The notes below the pieces were generated by a model that was given only the letters and a program-made list of their open reading frames with translations, made no database searches and was not told the DNA's origin. From the human T2T-CHM13v2.0 reference genome, Homo sapiens: a stretch of 64,000 nt of DNA. A program made the translations under genes and the position numbers. The stretch is from assembly GCF_009914755.1 (NCBI RefSeq), contig NC_060928.1; one strand, written 5' to 3'. This document shows positions 1 to 14,372 of this stretch, piece after piece; the first letter of the stretch is position 1; each line of letters starts with the position of its first letter.

Positions 1-234
1 ACAGAAACTGACATTCCCAACCCCCAAGAGTGATGAGGTGTTGGGGTGGCAGGGTCCTCTCCCACATCCTGTCCTCTGTGGCTGTGCCATTAGGCATTAA
101 CTGGCTAATCAGAGGTCTGGTAGTTCATTTGGCTTCAGAAAAATGTCTGAGGACAAGAAGCCTCAGGAAAAAAGAGAAGAGTCTAGGTTCACATTTACTC
201 ACCCTTTGGGGATCCCCAGGAGAGCCCCCAGAAA
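1..234 (-). mobile_element. ERV1 internal 5' leader (MER52-int-like) with degenerate tRNA-Pro primer-binding site and major splice donor; provirus continues beyond the window start
   Basis: On the minus strand the LTR end TGTCA is followed by TTTC-TGGGGGCTCTCCTGGGGAT (212-230; canonical PBS-Pro is TGGGGGCTCGTCCGGGAT) and then AAGGGTGAGT (donor-like, 197-206). Confidence 0.7.
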
Positions 235-911
235 TGACATAGGACTTTTCTTGGCCACTTTGCCAGCCAGGGACCTCCGGCTGGTGATGTCCCTGCCTGG
301 GCCTCACTCATGCACACTACCTGCCACAGGAGGCACCCCGCCTACTTGGCCAAGTTTGGCTTGTGCACCAGCTCAGCCAATAGCTGGGCTGGCTGTGCCC
401 CAGCCCACCTATGTTATAGATTATACCCATGTTCGGCAGTTCCTGAGCTCTTGTCCCATGTCCCAGAACAAGGATACACTAACAATTGAAGGATGAGGAG
501 GGTGGAGAAGAATTTTATTGAGTGATGGAACAGCTCTCAGCAGAAAGGGGACATTGTAGTGGTTCCCCACCCCCACAGTTAGGTGGTTTCTCTCTCAATG
601 TGGCTGAGTCTGGGGTTTTTATAGGCACAGGATGGGGGAGGGCCAGGCCATAGGTAGTATTGGATAAGGCAACATTTGATCGATTAAAAAGCATTATTCA
701 GAAAGAACAAATCAAGAAAGGGTAGACAAACAGGAACAGAAGTTTTCACTCCAGGTCGCATTTCTCATCCAGAACAAGCAGTCCATTCTTTCAGCCTTCA
801 GGCTGTTCCCAATTAAATCTTTTTCCAATTAAAGACTGGAGGAGGATGGGGTTTCACCAGGGACCTACCTCTATCTGCCTAAGCATTTGTGTGCCTCCTG
901 CTGCTGTTACG
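235..911 (-). mobile_element. ERV1 5' LTR, MER52-like
   Basis: Minus-strand TATA (CCTATAAAAA, 616-625) and AATAAA (514-519). The blocks 'gaattttattgagtgatggaacagctctcag' and 'gggtttcaccagggacc...gcctcctgctgct' are typical of the MER52/LTR1 group. A PBS is directly adjacent. Confidence 0.7.
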
Positions 912-2879
912 TACTTGTTAGGAGTAAATTGTTTTTGAATGAAAGAGAGACCTCTAGATTTTTGGAATAAGATTTTTCCTGAAAATCTAAATCAAAGGTA
1001 GGTCAATAGGCCTTGAGCCAAAAGTCAAAGGTAGGTTGGAAGATTATGAAAGAAAGTAGTTGAATGGAAGCTGCTGCTGATTTCCTGGAGATACCCAGGT
1101 GTAATCAGGACCCAAGGGCCAGGAGAAATTAGTTTCAGTGGTGTTGGCAAATTTACTTGGGGAAGCTGTGCCTGGGGTGGAAGCACGGTAGCATTAAAAT
1201 GGGAATATCAATTTCTTAGACACAGGGAGAGAAGGATTTAATCGGGAAGAGACTAAAGTTTTTCAAAAGCCTAGGTAAATTTTTTCAGCTGGCTGAAGAG
1301 TTTGTTTTTGTTTTTCCCTACAATTGCAATGCAAAAACAGCCACACATCAATAACAACAGCAAAAAATAATAATAAATAATAATTGAATCCCTTTTTTTG
1401 TTTTTTTACCCTTAAATACAATAAAATGTAATGATTTCTTGAACAATGTATGATGTTTGTTAGCATACAATGTCTTCAATATTTTATACAACTTTTTCTA
1501 TAGGCTCAATGAAAGCCTGAGTCTGTTGGCTTAGGTGCTCTGACCATACCTTCAATGAAAGGCTCACTGAAAACAAACACAACAGCATTCCAGTGGTAGC
1601 ATTTTTATAATCCTAATAGTTAGCAACAGACAATCAGAAATTCTTTTGTATCAATGACTAGGCAAAGGACAGATTAGGGAATCAAGCTCAGGTTTCATCT
1701 CTAAAGGTGAAAGATGAAGGTTTTGCTGGATGATATTTGTACTCTTTTAATATAAAGATAGGAAGCATATCTCAAATATTTTAGCTAATCCACGTGTCAT
1801 CAATGTGTCTGATTATTTTATCAATGGTAGCCAATTTCTGAAATGCTAGTCAATAAGCCATAATTTTCAGTTATAAAATTATGTCTGACATCAGTATGAT
1901 AATTACCAAAACATCCGTAGTTAATCAACATAGGATAAAATAAGTACTTATAATAGCAACCTCTACAGTATGGACCTTTTTGATGTAATGGGAATTGGCC
2001 ACCCTGGACTGTGCACTGTTGATTAGGATAACTGCCCCTGGAGCTTAAACTTTAAGCTTTGACTAATGGCTACATATTATCACACAACCTGTGTGGAAGT
2101 ACTTTAAGGTCCATTACAATGTAATCAACTGCAAACATTACAAGTAGTTCTCTTTGAGACTACTGTCTGAAGATGATGTAGTTCAAAGGGCCCCCCTTCT
2201 CTTTTTCTTCAACAGTAGAAGAGGAATCAACTCCGGTTTTTTTTAACTACAGAGACGCTTTGCTCATCCAGAAAAAGACTCCGTTGTCTTCCTCCGTGTA
2301 ACTCTTTTGCCATAGATGTTGTGGAGTGTAAGAATGTAAACTGTTGCTTTTGCTGGGATGTCATCATTTTGCAAATCACAGAGGAAACTTGAGTCCCACA
2401 GGGAGAGTGGAACTTACGTAATAAAGCAACTGGTATTTTGTCTGATAGTTCCAGCCATGCCTTCCCATAGCAACTGTAATTCAGCATCTCTAAGAAAAAT
2501 TGTGATTTTTGACAAGGAAGAAAATCAACATCCAATGTTATTTCTCAAGTAATTGCAAGATGTTAATACTTCATATTCACTCCATACACCACCATTTTTG
2601 GAAAAAACGTTCTGTGATTATTCTTTTGCTAAACTTTATGCATAATGAACACACAAAGGTAAGACATTTCCAAGACAATATTTTAAATAAGTACAGATCA
2701 ATATAAGACTTTGTGTGTGCTCTAGATGTATAAGCTGCTTCTTCATGTTGTCCTTTGTATGTATCATGGTAAGATTTATAGCCACATGGTAAACAATGAA
2801 CACTGATGTGGAGAAATGTTGCTTTTCCATTGGGTATTTTTCTCTCTCCATTTTTTATTAACCATAAACACCTTAGCAT

Positions 2880-4415
2880 TTAAATTTTATTTTTTAATTT
2901 ATTAAAAAATTAACATACAGTAAATGTCACCTTTTGGTATACAGTTCTATGAGTTTTGACAAATTCAGAAAGCCATCTTACCATCACCTAGATAATAACA
3001 GTTTCATCCCACAAAAAAATTTTCTCCTTGTCCTTTGTAGTCAAATCCTCTCTCTCTCCTTAGCTTCTGGTAAACATGAATCTGTTCTCCATCCTTTGTT
3101 TTTTTTTTCCAGACTATAATACAAATAGAATCATACTGGGTGGAGCTTTTTGGGTCTGGATTCTTTGGCTTACAAAATAATGCATTTAAGATTCAAGTAT
3201 GTTAATGCATGAATCAATACACATCCCTTTTTGTTGCTGAGTAGTATTCCATTGTATGGATGTATCACAATGTTTTTTTACCCATTTGCTAATTGAAGGA
3301 TTTGTGGGTTGTTTCCAGTTTTTGGCAATTATACATTATGATACGATAAATATTCACATACAGGATTTTGTGTGAACATAAATTTTTAATTCTCTTGGTA
3401 AATACTGAGGAGCAGAACTGCTGGGCCATATGGTAAGTGTATGCTTTAAATTATAAGAAACACCAAACTCTTTTCTCAAGCAGCTGTGCCATATTGCACT
3501 CTCACTCACAGTATACGTGGGTTCTAGTTATATTACATACTTTCCAGGATTTGATATTGGTATTGTTAGGGTGCTCCCTAGTAGATGTACAGTGGTGTCT
3601 CATTGTGGCTTTAATTTGCATTTCCCTGATGATAGTGAGCACCTTTTCATATGCTTATTTGCTGTTCATTTACCTTCTTTTGTGAAATGTCTACTGAAAC
3701 GTTTTGCCCAATTTTTAATTGGGATTTTTGTTTTCATTCATATCATTGAGTTTTGAGATTTTAAAATATATCTTCCATACAAATTTTTATCACATATGTG
3801 AATTGCAAATATTTTCTACCAGGCTGTGGCTTATTGTTTTATTCTATTAGCAGTTTTTTTCCCCACAGAACAAATGTTTTAAAATAAGTCCAACTTAGTA
3901 ATTTTTTATTATATGGATCATTCTTCACCTTTGGTAGCTATGAACTCTGCCTATCCCGAGGTCAAAACAATTGTCTCTGATATTTTCTTCTATGAAATTT
4001 ATAGATTTATATTTTATACTTATGCCTATGACTCATTTTGAGTTAATGTTAATTTTCAGATCTATGAGTGTAGTTTTGTATGAGTAAAATAAGCTAAAGA
4101 TCTTTTCTTTACATATGAATCTTTTCTTCATTGAGTTATCTCTGGCCTTTTGTTAAAAATCAATTGTAGGTCTATTTCTGGACAGTCTGTCCTGTTCCAT
4201 TGATCTGTGTATTTACTCTTTCACTAATACTCTGCTATGTTAACTATTGTAGCTTTATAATAATTCTTGAAATCCAGCCCAACTTTTTTCCTCTGTCAAA
4301 ATTGTTTTGGCTTTTCCAGTTCCTTTGATATCTACAAGAAATTTTGCTGGAATTTTGATTACAATTTGTTGACTTTATAAATCATTTTGGGGAGAATTGA
4401 CAATAGCACTGAGTC
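2880..4415 (-). mobile_element. Old L1 (L1MB/L1MC-type) 3' portion
   Basis: T-rich start followed by typical antisense L1 3'UTR/ORF2 blocks ('gagtagtattccattgtatggatgtatcaca', 'cattgtggctttaatttgcatttccctgatg', 'gctttataataattcttgaaatc'). Confidence 0.85.
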
Positions 4416-4417
4416 AT

Positions 4418-4779
4418 ATATAATAGTTCAGTTTGAAAGCCTGAGAGTTGGAGGGCCAATAGGGTAGATTGCAGCCTGAGTCTGAAGGCCTGAGAAGCAG
4501 GAGTGCCATGAGCAGGAGAAGAGAGATGTCCATCTCAATCAGTCAGGCAGAGGGAGAGCAAATCCTGCTTTCTGCTATCTTTTTGTTGTATTCAGGCCCT
4601 CAATAGATTAAATGATGTCCACCCACATTGGGGAGGGCCATCTGCCTTACTCAATCCACCAATTCAAATGCTCATCTCTTCCAGAGACACCCTTATAGAC
4701 ACACCCAGAAATAATGATTAGTCAGATATTTGGTCATCCTGTGGCCCAGTCATGTTGACACATGAAATTAACCATCACA
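4418..4779 (-). mobile_element. ERVL LTR MLT2 (C/D-like), partial
   Basis: Ends in the MLT2 terminus 'gttgacacatgaaattaaccatcaca'; contains 'cacccacattggggagggccatctgc' and 'gacacacccagaaataat'. Confidence 0.85.
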
Positions 4780-4789
4780 CAAAAAGCAA

Positions 4790-5360
4790 AAAAAAGGAGT
4801 GTTCTCCCCACCTTCTGCTGCCCCTCTGAAACCATAATAACTCCTTTCCCACATTCCTCTAGCCAGAGGGAAGGAGTTTTCCTTAAGATTTCAGATGCTC
4901 ATTATAGCACTGCCAGTCCTGTTGCTGTCACAGCAATGCCATTTTTAGACTGGGGCTGGCCTCCAGGAAGGCCAGATAGAAAAAAATAAGAGAGAGAGAG
5001 AGAGAAGGGAGTCCCTGTATCCTTCCTTGCTAGCATGTAGTGGTTCTCTTTTCTGGTTGTCTGGCTGGAGATGGGACGCTTCTTCTGGAGTTCTCACTGT
5101 TTGTGCCTGCTGCACAGTTCTGGAACTTGGCCCACCCTTGGATCAAAGCCCAGGGATAAGTGAGAGAAAAAAAACCTAGTAAACTCACTGCTATACTGGC
5201 CATTCTTCACGTTGTGACCTTCCTTCTACTCTCCTTTTATTATTTTTCTTTCAGAGTTCTCAGGTAGTTGCTTTTCATTATTTTCTCCAGGATTTATGCT
5301 TGTAATCAGGGGAGAAAAAGGCTATCCTGGGCTTCTTCCACCTTGGTTTGTATGAGAAAT
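4790..5360 (-). mobile_element. Old L1 (L1M) 5'-region fragment
   Basis: Diverged similarity to antisense L1M 5' sequence ('aaactcactgc', 'caggatttatgcttgtaatcaggggaga'). Confidence 0.45.
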
Positions 5361-5539
5361 CTGCAATTTCTTTTTCATTCTGTATAATAAAGCCATTATA
5401 TATGTGCTATTGCATTTGCTAGTAATTATTCCCATTTCAATAAACATGAACTAAGTTAGTAAACATGTCTTAAGTTAGAAACCTCTTGAAACTGCAATTC
5501 ATACACAACCAATGAGTAAATCCCACTGACTTCTGCAGA

Positions 5540-5790
5540 GGGACAGTAGGGTGGCGTTTAGAATAGTGGCTATCATGCCCAACTGCCTCGGTTTGAATCC
5601 TGGTTCTTCCACTTACTAGTTTTTTATGCTGAGAATGTAGCCTTTTCTGCACCTCAGTTTCTACTAGTACAAAATGGAAATAGTGCTATCAGTGATAATA
5701 AATCTTATGGAGCTTGTTTAGGGGATTGAATTAATGCGTATAAAGCAGTTAGAATAATGCCTGGCACATCGTAAGCTTTAGCTATTATTC
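5540..5790 (+). mobile_element. MIR SINE
   Basis: 'ggtttgaatcctggttcttccacttactag', core 'cctcagtttct...aaaatgg', end 'gcctggcacatcgtaagc...gctattatt'. Confidence 0.85.
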
Positions 5791-6049
5791 CCCTCATCCT
5801 AGATGTCTCCTGAATGCATTTATTTTCCATCATTGTCATCCTGATTCAAGCAGAAATGTAAAGCACTTAAAAGGATATTATGCTAAGCTCTGATAACTGG
5901 AAAGTGGGCTTTAAAAAGTATTCAAGATAAAATGTAGGAGGTTTCAAGTAATTCTTACAGCACTTCAAACTTTCATTAGGTGACACTTTAGAAGAAAATT
6001 ACAGAGTGTAAGGCAGAACTTAAATGTAAGCAGGAGGTCAGAGTGTCCT

Positions 6050-6210
6050 TTCAGGGGTTCGCAGACTTTGTGGTGTTTCAGACAATTACTGGTTCAAAGA
6101 TCCTGGCTCAGTAGGCCTAAGATGGGTTTCAGAAATCTACAATTTTAACTAACATACTTCATCATTCTGTTGAAGATGATCATAGAGGCAAATTCTGAAA
6201 TCAATACTGC
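6050..6210. mobile_element. MER5-like hAT-Charlie MITE
   Basis: 'cagtaggcctaagatggg...aatctacaattttaac' resembles the MER5A/B core. Confidence 0.5.
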
Positions 6211-7192
6211 TTCTCTGACTGTGTGATAGAAGCTGACAGTATGCTAACTTCTGTTGAAATTGAATTATTTTGTTTTATTAAAGATGAGCTGTTACAACAT
6301 CAGGTCATGTCTAAGGGCACAAGAAATGGCCCAGGTAACCCATGCATTAGTGTTAGCCTTTTTCGATAACTCTCTGTATTTTTGTTTAGTGAGAAATAAT
6401 GTTACTAAAAATAGTGACATTATTGCGATGACAATCTTTGAGAGCTCATTTTCCTTGATTTGGAGGAAACATACCTTTTGCCCCGAATTGTACACCCATT
6501 GCTCCTATTTGCATTCTGTCAGCTATTTTCACTTATCACTATCATCAGCTTCACTCTGGTGTGACAGTGCTGTTTCAGATTCTCATGTGACTTATCATTT
6601 CCTTCCACAAATTTATGTTCAAATTTGTTCTGCTTTAAAGGCAGCAAGTGTAGACCAGGAACCAAGAGACCTGCCACCTTTTCATTTACTCTTAGGGCGA
6701 ATTTTGTTCATCAAGTCAACTAATATGGGCTGCTGTTCTACAAAATGATGTTGTTGATGATTTCCAGAATTTTATTCTAGTCTAGTGTACTTTATCTTCC
6801 CTACTTTTATCTCTAGTGCTGAAAAATGGGATTTAAAAGATGGTAATTATGGCTAATAAACAGAAAGTGCCTCCAGAATGTCACTATTTTGAGGGCATTT
6901 GCCATTGACATTAACTATAACTCAATTCCTAGGTTTAGAAATTTATCATTAGGTTAGGATTCTTTTTTAGGTCTAGTAGCCAGATAGTAAGGTTATCAGG
7001 AATTTTGCCAAGTGAAATTCTACTTTGAAGGCTATTATGTTTAGTTTTTATATTTTTAGGTATCTTTAGTCCACACTGAAGCTCTTTGCCATACCTTCAA
7101 AGTCTTCTGGCACTGTAAATATAGCTGCTAAGATGGACCACCTAAGCATAGCACATAAAAACATGTTGGAAGTAGAAACCATCTCTATATCA

Positions 7193-7322
7193 TGTAAACC
7201 TTGGCAAACAGCATGTTCCCTGTAGTACTCAGCAAGTACTGATAAGAAGGTCAAATCCTTGTACACTGTGAACCGTGCTAGATAGCATGTCCCCTGTGGT
7301 ACCCAGCAAGTACTGGGAAGAT
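7193..7322. repeat. Diverged direct duplication, two copies of about 55 nt at 74-nt spacing
   Basis: Ungapped hand alignment of 7193-7247 with 7267-7321 gives about 80% identity. Confidence 0.8.
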
Positions 7323-8439
7323 TGAGTCAGTTTTGCTAAGGAACTCATTTTGAAAGCAAGAAACCTAAGTATTATCATCCCTATCTTAAAAAGCAAAGAC
7401 TCAGAATAGGGGAACTGAAATTTCAATGTTTTAGATAAGGCAGACAGAAAACAAATTAATCTTCTTCCCTTTTTGTTGCTTCTTAAATGGTGCATACAAG
7501 TTTAAAGTTGCTAACATCACAAAAGCAGTTAAGCAAATAGCTTGTAGGAAATCAGGGAAATTGTAATAATTTGAGGAAAACATCTGTTCTAGTTCACAAA
7601 TCTCACAAAACATTCATTATGAGATTTTCTTTCCATTTCACTTATTGTATTTTTATTAACAATCGTTTTTCTCGAAAAAATCTTTACATTGAGACCTTAA
7701 TATCAGAATTCAGCTAACAATTCATTGGTACTATGCTTAGATGGCCTATCTTTGGGCTATTAAGTTCAGGTTTATAACAGTGAATTTAAGCTCTTTTTTG
7801 TGGATTTCTATTCTTTGATTTTGGTTATTCATTTTTACTTGTAGTAGAAGATAAAGCTTCTAAATTTGAGGAAGGGTGAATTCATTTTCAAGAAAATGAA
7901 TGATTTTTTGGTCTGTAAGTACCTAATATTCAGCTAATATTTTACTGGTCGATTAAACTGGATGAAGTTAATTTGGTTTGCAAAATGAAGGGCAATCTGA
8001 AAAATTAGGCATGACCTAATATTTTAATGAAATAATGTTGCCCAAGTTTTTTATACATACAATGTATTGAAACTATGATAGCACCATCTGCCATTAATTT
8101 GAGCAATAATTGCTTTGTCTTTATACAGCGCTTGGCTCTCTTCAAAGCTATTTTATAAAAATTTGAGATTCTCACTTGAAGTTGAGTATTACAATGGACA
8201 TTTTATAAATGGAGAGCAACCTATTATGTTTAAATTGATAGCCCAGGTCCTCTCCTTTCCTGTAAAGCGTGTAAGGAGCTTCAAAATCACCACTCCACTG
8301 TACCAATGAGTAAAAACAAAATCAACAAATTGACTTAGGTTTCTCAGAAAACTTTATAGCTCAGCATATAATCTATTTTGCTAAATATTCCACATGAACT
8401 TGAAATTGTATGTGGTGGTGTATAACTAACAAAGAAATC

Positions 8440-8660
8440 ATGTTGTTAGATAATGTTCTTCAAATCTTTTCTATTATTACGGGGTTACTTTTTGCTTTTC
8501 TATTAGTTACTTAGAGAAGTGTGTTAAAATCTTCAACTCAGTGGGCCTATTTTTTCTTCTTATTCCCTCAATTTTTGCTTTATATATTTTGAAATTATGC
8601 TATTAGGTGCATACAGATTTTACATTGTTACATTTGTTGTATTGATCCATTTATCATTTC
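8440..8660 (-). mobile_element. Old L1 (L1ME-like) ORF2 fragment
   Basis: 'tttttgctttatatattttgaaattatgctattaggtgcataca' is a typical antisense L1M ORF2 block. Confidence 0.7.
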
Positions 8661-10002
<1,342 letters not shown>

Positions 10003-10163
10003 GGGGCCACACTTTCCTCACCAAGTCTTTTTAATCTATTCATGAGGGTGGAACCCTCAGGACTTAAACACCTCCTAAAAAAACCCACCTTGCAACATGG
10101 TTGTATTGGGTATTAAGTCTCCAACACATGAATTTTGAGGAACACATTCAGAACATAGAAGCA
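10003..10163 (-). mobile_element. MaLR LTR fragment (MLT1A/MSTC-like)
   Basis: 'ttcatgagggtggaaccctc...ccaacacatgaattttgaggaacacattcaga'. Confidence 0.75.
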
Positions 10164-10164
10164 T

Positions 10165-11165
10165 CTCACATTTAACATGTCCCAAAATTAATTTATGTAC
10201 TATCCAATAAACCTTTGCTTTCTGCCAGAATCCTCATCTCTGTCAATTATAAGACTTTCACTCTACAAATATTGGAGTCATTTTCAAAATCTCTCTTTCT
10301 GTCACCTTCAATATTCAGACAACCATTTGGCTCTATTTTCACAATATACTCTGCATAAAACCATGTCTTGCCTTCTATATTGCCATAAAAAATTCTAGAC
10401 TACCATCATCTCTTGTCTGAGGATTGCAAGAACTTCTTAACTCATCTCCCTATTTTGTTCTCCCTAAAGCCTCATTTGCGAACAGACACTGTGATTCTTA
10501 AGAAAACGAAATGCTGATGATGTCAATCTTTGTTTCAGTCCTCCAAAGTAGAATGGAAAATTTTTCTGTGGGGCACATCATTACATAGTTTGTTCCCTGC
10601 TGACCTCCCTAAACTGTCGTCTTCTGCATCCTTGGATATTCCTTGAAAGTGCAAAGATGCTCCTCTACCAGGGCTTTGTAACTGTTGTTGCTGGTGCCTG
10701 GAATGCTCTTTCTCAGATATTTATATGCTGTGCCCCCACCCTACTCACATCTTTGAGGCTAGGCCTGACCATCACCCATTTGCAGTTCTATTTCATGATG
10801 GTAACTAGTTTTTTTTACTTTTCTCATCATCTTGATTTCATTTTTCCCATCACTTCACACTTTTTCTTAGAGCCTTTTCTCTGGCTATCACTGACCCAAT
10901 TGATATCTCCAGCCCCTGCAAATGCCTTTTAAAGTGAATGTTATACATAAAGGGGTAGTATTGACCCTAAAACCGAACAGTGTCCTACATTTTTTAATAG
11001 CTCTTATTTCCACCTAATATTATTTGATGTAATGCTATATTTATTAATTTTTATGTGTCTTCCACACTAGAATAAAAGCTTCATGAAGTCAGGCTTAATC
11101 TGTCTTCACTTCTGTATCCCCAGGTCCTAGAATAATGTCTGCACATAGTAGATACTCAGTTGTAA
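10165..11165 (+). mobile_element. L2 LINE 3' region
   Basis: 'catctcacatttaacatgtcccaaa', 'taccatcatctcttgtctg', 3' end 'ctgtatccccaggtcctagaataatgtctgcacatagtagatactca'. Confidence 0.8.
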
Positions 11166-12146
11166 AGAGATATTAGAGCCATGTCCTGAATTATCTCTTG
11201 TGGTGACTAGACATTGATCATCTGGTGATCTGGCCACAGAGTAATAAAATCCTTTAAAAAATCGGGGTTAAAATTTCATCAGGAAAAGACACTCCAAAAG
11301 AAAAAAAAATAAACAATCCTCTGTTCATTCACTCGTGCAATGCATCTCTTTTGTACACCTATTATCTGCAAAACCCTCTTATGGATGTTGCCTAGAGAAG
11401 GGAGAATGAAGATAAATAAGGAATTTGTTGTGAATAGAAACGTCCATGTTTGTAATTTTACACAGGGGAAAATCTTTAAAAAGAAAAATAGCCTTAAAAC
11501 TTCCATTTTGCTCTTATTAAGGCTTTAAACCAAGAATATTTTCTTTTCTAGCGAAGCATGCTATTTTCACAAATTCTAGGGGTAATATCGCTGCCCATCT
11601 ACCTGTAATTATGGTGAAGGCTCTATTGCATATAGTTTTGCTTAAATGGGCAGCAGAGAAAAAGTGTAAGTTGCTAGAAGAAAATATGGAGTCAAGGATT
11701 TTTTAAAAAACAGAGTTGTTACAGCATTTTTAATGCTGGCGGAAATAATAGAGAAGAAATCCAACTTTCATGCACTTCCAGCTTTCATTTTACCACTTTA
11801 AGTTGTGCACTGGACTAATAATACATCCTTCTCCAACAAACATCCCATCCTTTGTGTTTGATGGCATTAAGCCAAAAAGGTCTTTAGGGATTATCTTGTT
11901 TAGCACCCTGTATTTTACAGCTAAGAGAGCCAAGGTGCAGAGAGGGCAAATACCATCATCTTTTTCCTAGACTACTGCTGTCACCTCCTTACAGGGCTTC
12001 CATACTCTCTGCCCTTCTGAGTCATTCTCCCCTCTTTGAAGCCAGTGAAACATTCAAAATGAAGATCTGACATTGTTTCACTCCTACCTCTCATGCTTTT
12101 GTACCTAGGCACCAAGGTCTTTGGACTTCAAGTTTCAATGACCAAT

Positions 12147-12506
12147 TGATATGGTTTGGATTTGTGTCCCCACCCCAATCTCATGTCAAATTATAAACAC
12201 CAGTGTTTAATGATATAATATATCATGGGGGGCAGGTTTCCCCCTTGCTGTTTTTGTGATAGTGGGTGAGTTCTCACAGATCTGGTTGTTTAAAAGCATG
12301 TAGCATCTCCTTCTTCTTTCTCTTGCTCCTGCTGTGGCCATGTGTGGCGTGCCTGTGTCCCCTTCACCTTCTGTCATGATTGTAAGTTTCCTGAGGCCCC
12401 CAGCTATGCTTTCTGTACAGCCTGTGGAACCAATTAAACCCCTTTTCTTTATAAATTACCCAGTCTCAGGTATTTCTTTATAGTAGTACGAGGACGGACT
12501 AATAGA
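12147..12506 (+). mobile_element. MaLR solo LTR MSTA
   Basis: TGATATGGTTTGG...GGACTAATAGA termini; 5-bp TSD ccaat/ccgat. Confidence 0.92.
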
Positions 12507-12704
12507 CCGATTATTCCATTATGTTTAATTGATAGGTAATTTTGCTGTTTATAAAATAAATTTATAGTTTAAGTTAATAAATGGTAACTTAGTTGAAAAG
12601 AATGAAAAGTATGATCTAATATAGGGGTTCTTACTGGTTCTGGAAACTTGTATTTTAGAATCACCCAGGAAGGTTTTAAGAATTCCAATGCTTGATCCCA
12701 AAAG

Positions 12705-13180
12705 TCCCCACCTGATCTGGCCCCTGTGTACCTCTTTACTCTCTCTTCTTTTACCCTCACTCTGCTCTCTGCACTCAGCCACTGTGTTCTCTTTCTGTTT
12801 CTGGAGCACACAATTCACCTTCCTGCCTCAGGACCTTTGCATTTGCTGACTACCTCTTCTGATAATTTTCTTCCCTTCTCTCTTACTTAAGCCTGACCCT
12901 TCAGAGAGCTCTTGTCTGATGTTTTTAAGTTACCTTTCCTTCACCCCACAGATTGCATCAGGATCCTTTGATACATGCTTTCTTGGGACTGTCTTACTGC
13001 CTTTTTTTGCAGTTACCTCAGGTAATTATGTGCTCATTACTTTGGGTGACTTATGCTCCTCTGCCCCACCCAGATGGAGAGCTACACTAACACAGGTGAG
13101 ATCCTGGTTTTGTTGTGCTTGTAACCTCAGTACATAACAGAATTACTTTTTGGGCACTTCACAGATATTTGTTAGGTGAA
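12705..13180 (+). mobile_element. L2 fragment (3' region), preceded by a short MER5-like piece at about 12630-12700
   Basis: 'cctgatctggcccctg', 'cctgcctcaggacctttgcatttgct', end 'gatatttgttaggtgaa'. Confidence 0.7.
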
Positions 13181-13434
13181 ACCTTGAAAGAGGGTCATTT
13201 AGCTTGTCCATCAATATTTCTCACGATGGGAGGATACTGTTTTATAAGGTAAATTCCACTGGAGATACCTTAATGTTTTTTAAGTTCTTAATCATATTGA
13301 ACTAAAATCTGCCCATAAGATCCACTCATCACTCCTATAGTTCTAGAAAAATAAAGAACAAGTTTCTATTTTTTATGACAGCTTTTCTGGAATCAAATCT
13401 TTTAAAAATCACTTATTTATATTTCTGTGATAGA

Positions 13435-13727
13435 TTTTTTTTTTTTGAGACCGGGTCTCACTATCTTTCCCAGGCTGGAGTATAGTGCTACAATGATGGC
13501 TCACTGTAGCCTCGACCTCCTGGGCTTGAATGATCTTCACACCTCGGCCTCCTGAGTAGCTGGGACTACAGTTGTGCGCCACCACACTAGGCTAATTTTT
13601 GTATTTTTGTTGAGACAGGGTTTTACCATGTAGCCAAGGCTGGTCTTGAACTCCTGGGCTCAAGAAATTCTCCCACCTCTGACTCCCAGAGTGCTGAGAT
13701 TATAGGTGTGACCCACTGCACCCAGCC
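13435..13727 (-). mobile_element. AluJ
   Basis: Full dimer with J-type 'gctcactgtagcctcgacctcctgggct' and 'aactcctgggctcaag'. Confidence 0.93.
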
Positions 13728-14063
13728 AAGATCTAATCTTGATACTGAAAATCTTTTTAAAATCTTGGAAAAACAAATTATGCTGGATGAATCCATAAGA
13801 GGTCTTTGTTTTAACTGGAGGTATAACGTTTTTTAAATTAAAAATGGAAAAGTATACTTGAAGTTAGAAACCCAAGCTATATAGTCTAGAGTATTAATTC
13901 ATGATAGATTCGATAGATGTGTGGAAAAAACTTTCAAGTTCACATACGTTTGGGAAACATGGGACTATATAAAATTTAAAGTGTAATGTTTTTAACTGAA
14001 TGATATATTAGAATTTTATAATATTTAGTATAAAAATATTAAAGCTTCTCAAACTTGTCATAA

Positions 14064-14372
<309 letters not shown>

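Noticed and set aside
2227-2535. 102-aa minus-strand ORF
   Set aside because: No recognisable homology, and the length is within chance expectation.
6254-6748. 164-aa ORF in non-repeat DNA
   Set aside because: TTG start, low-information Leu/Ser/Phe/Cys composition, no recognisable domain and no supporting splice structure.
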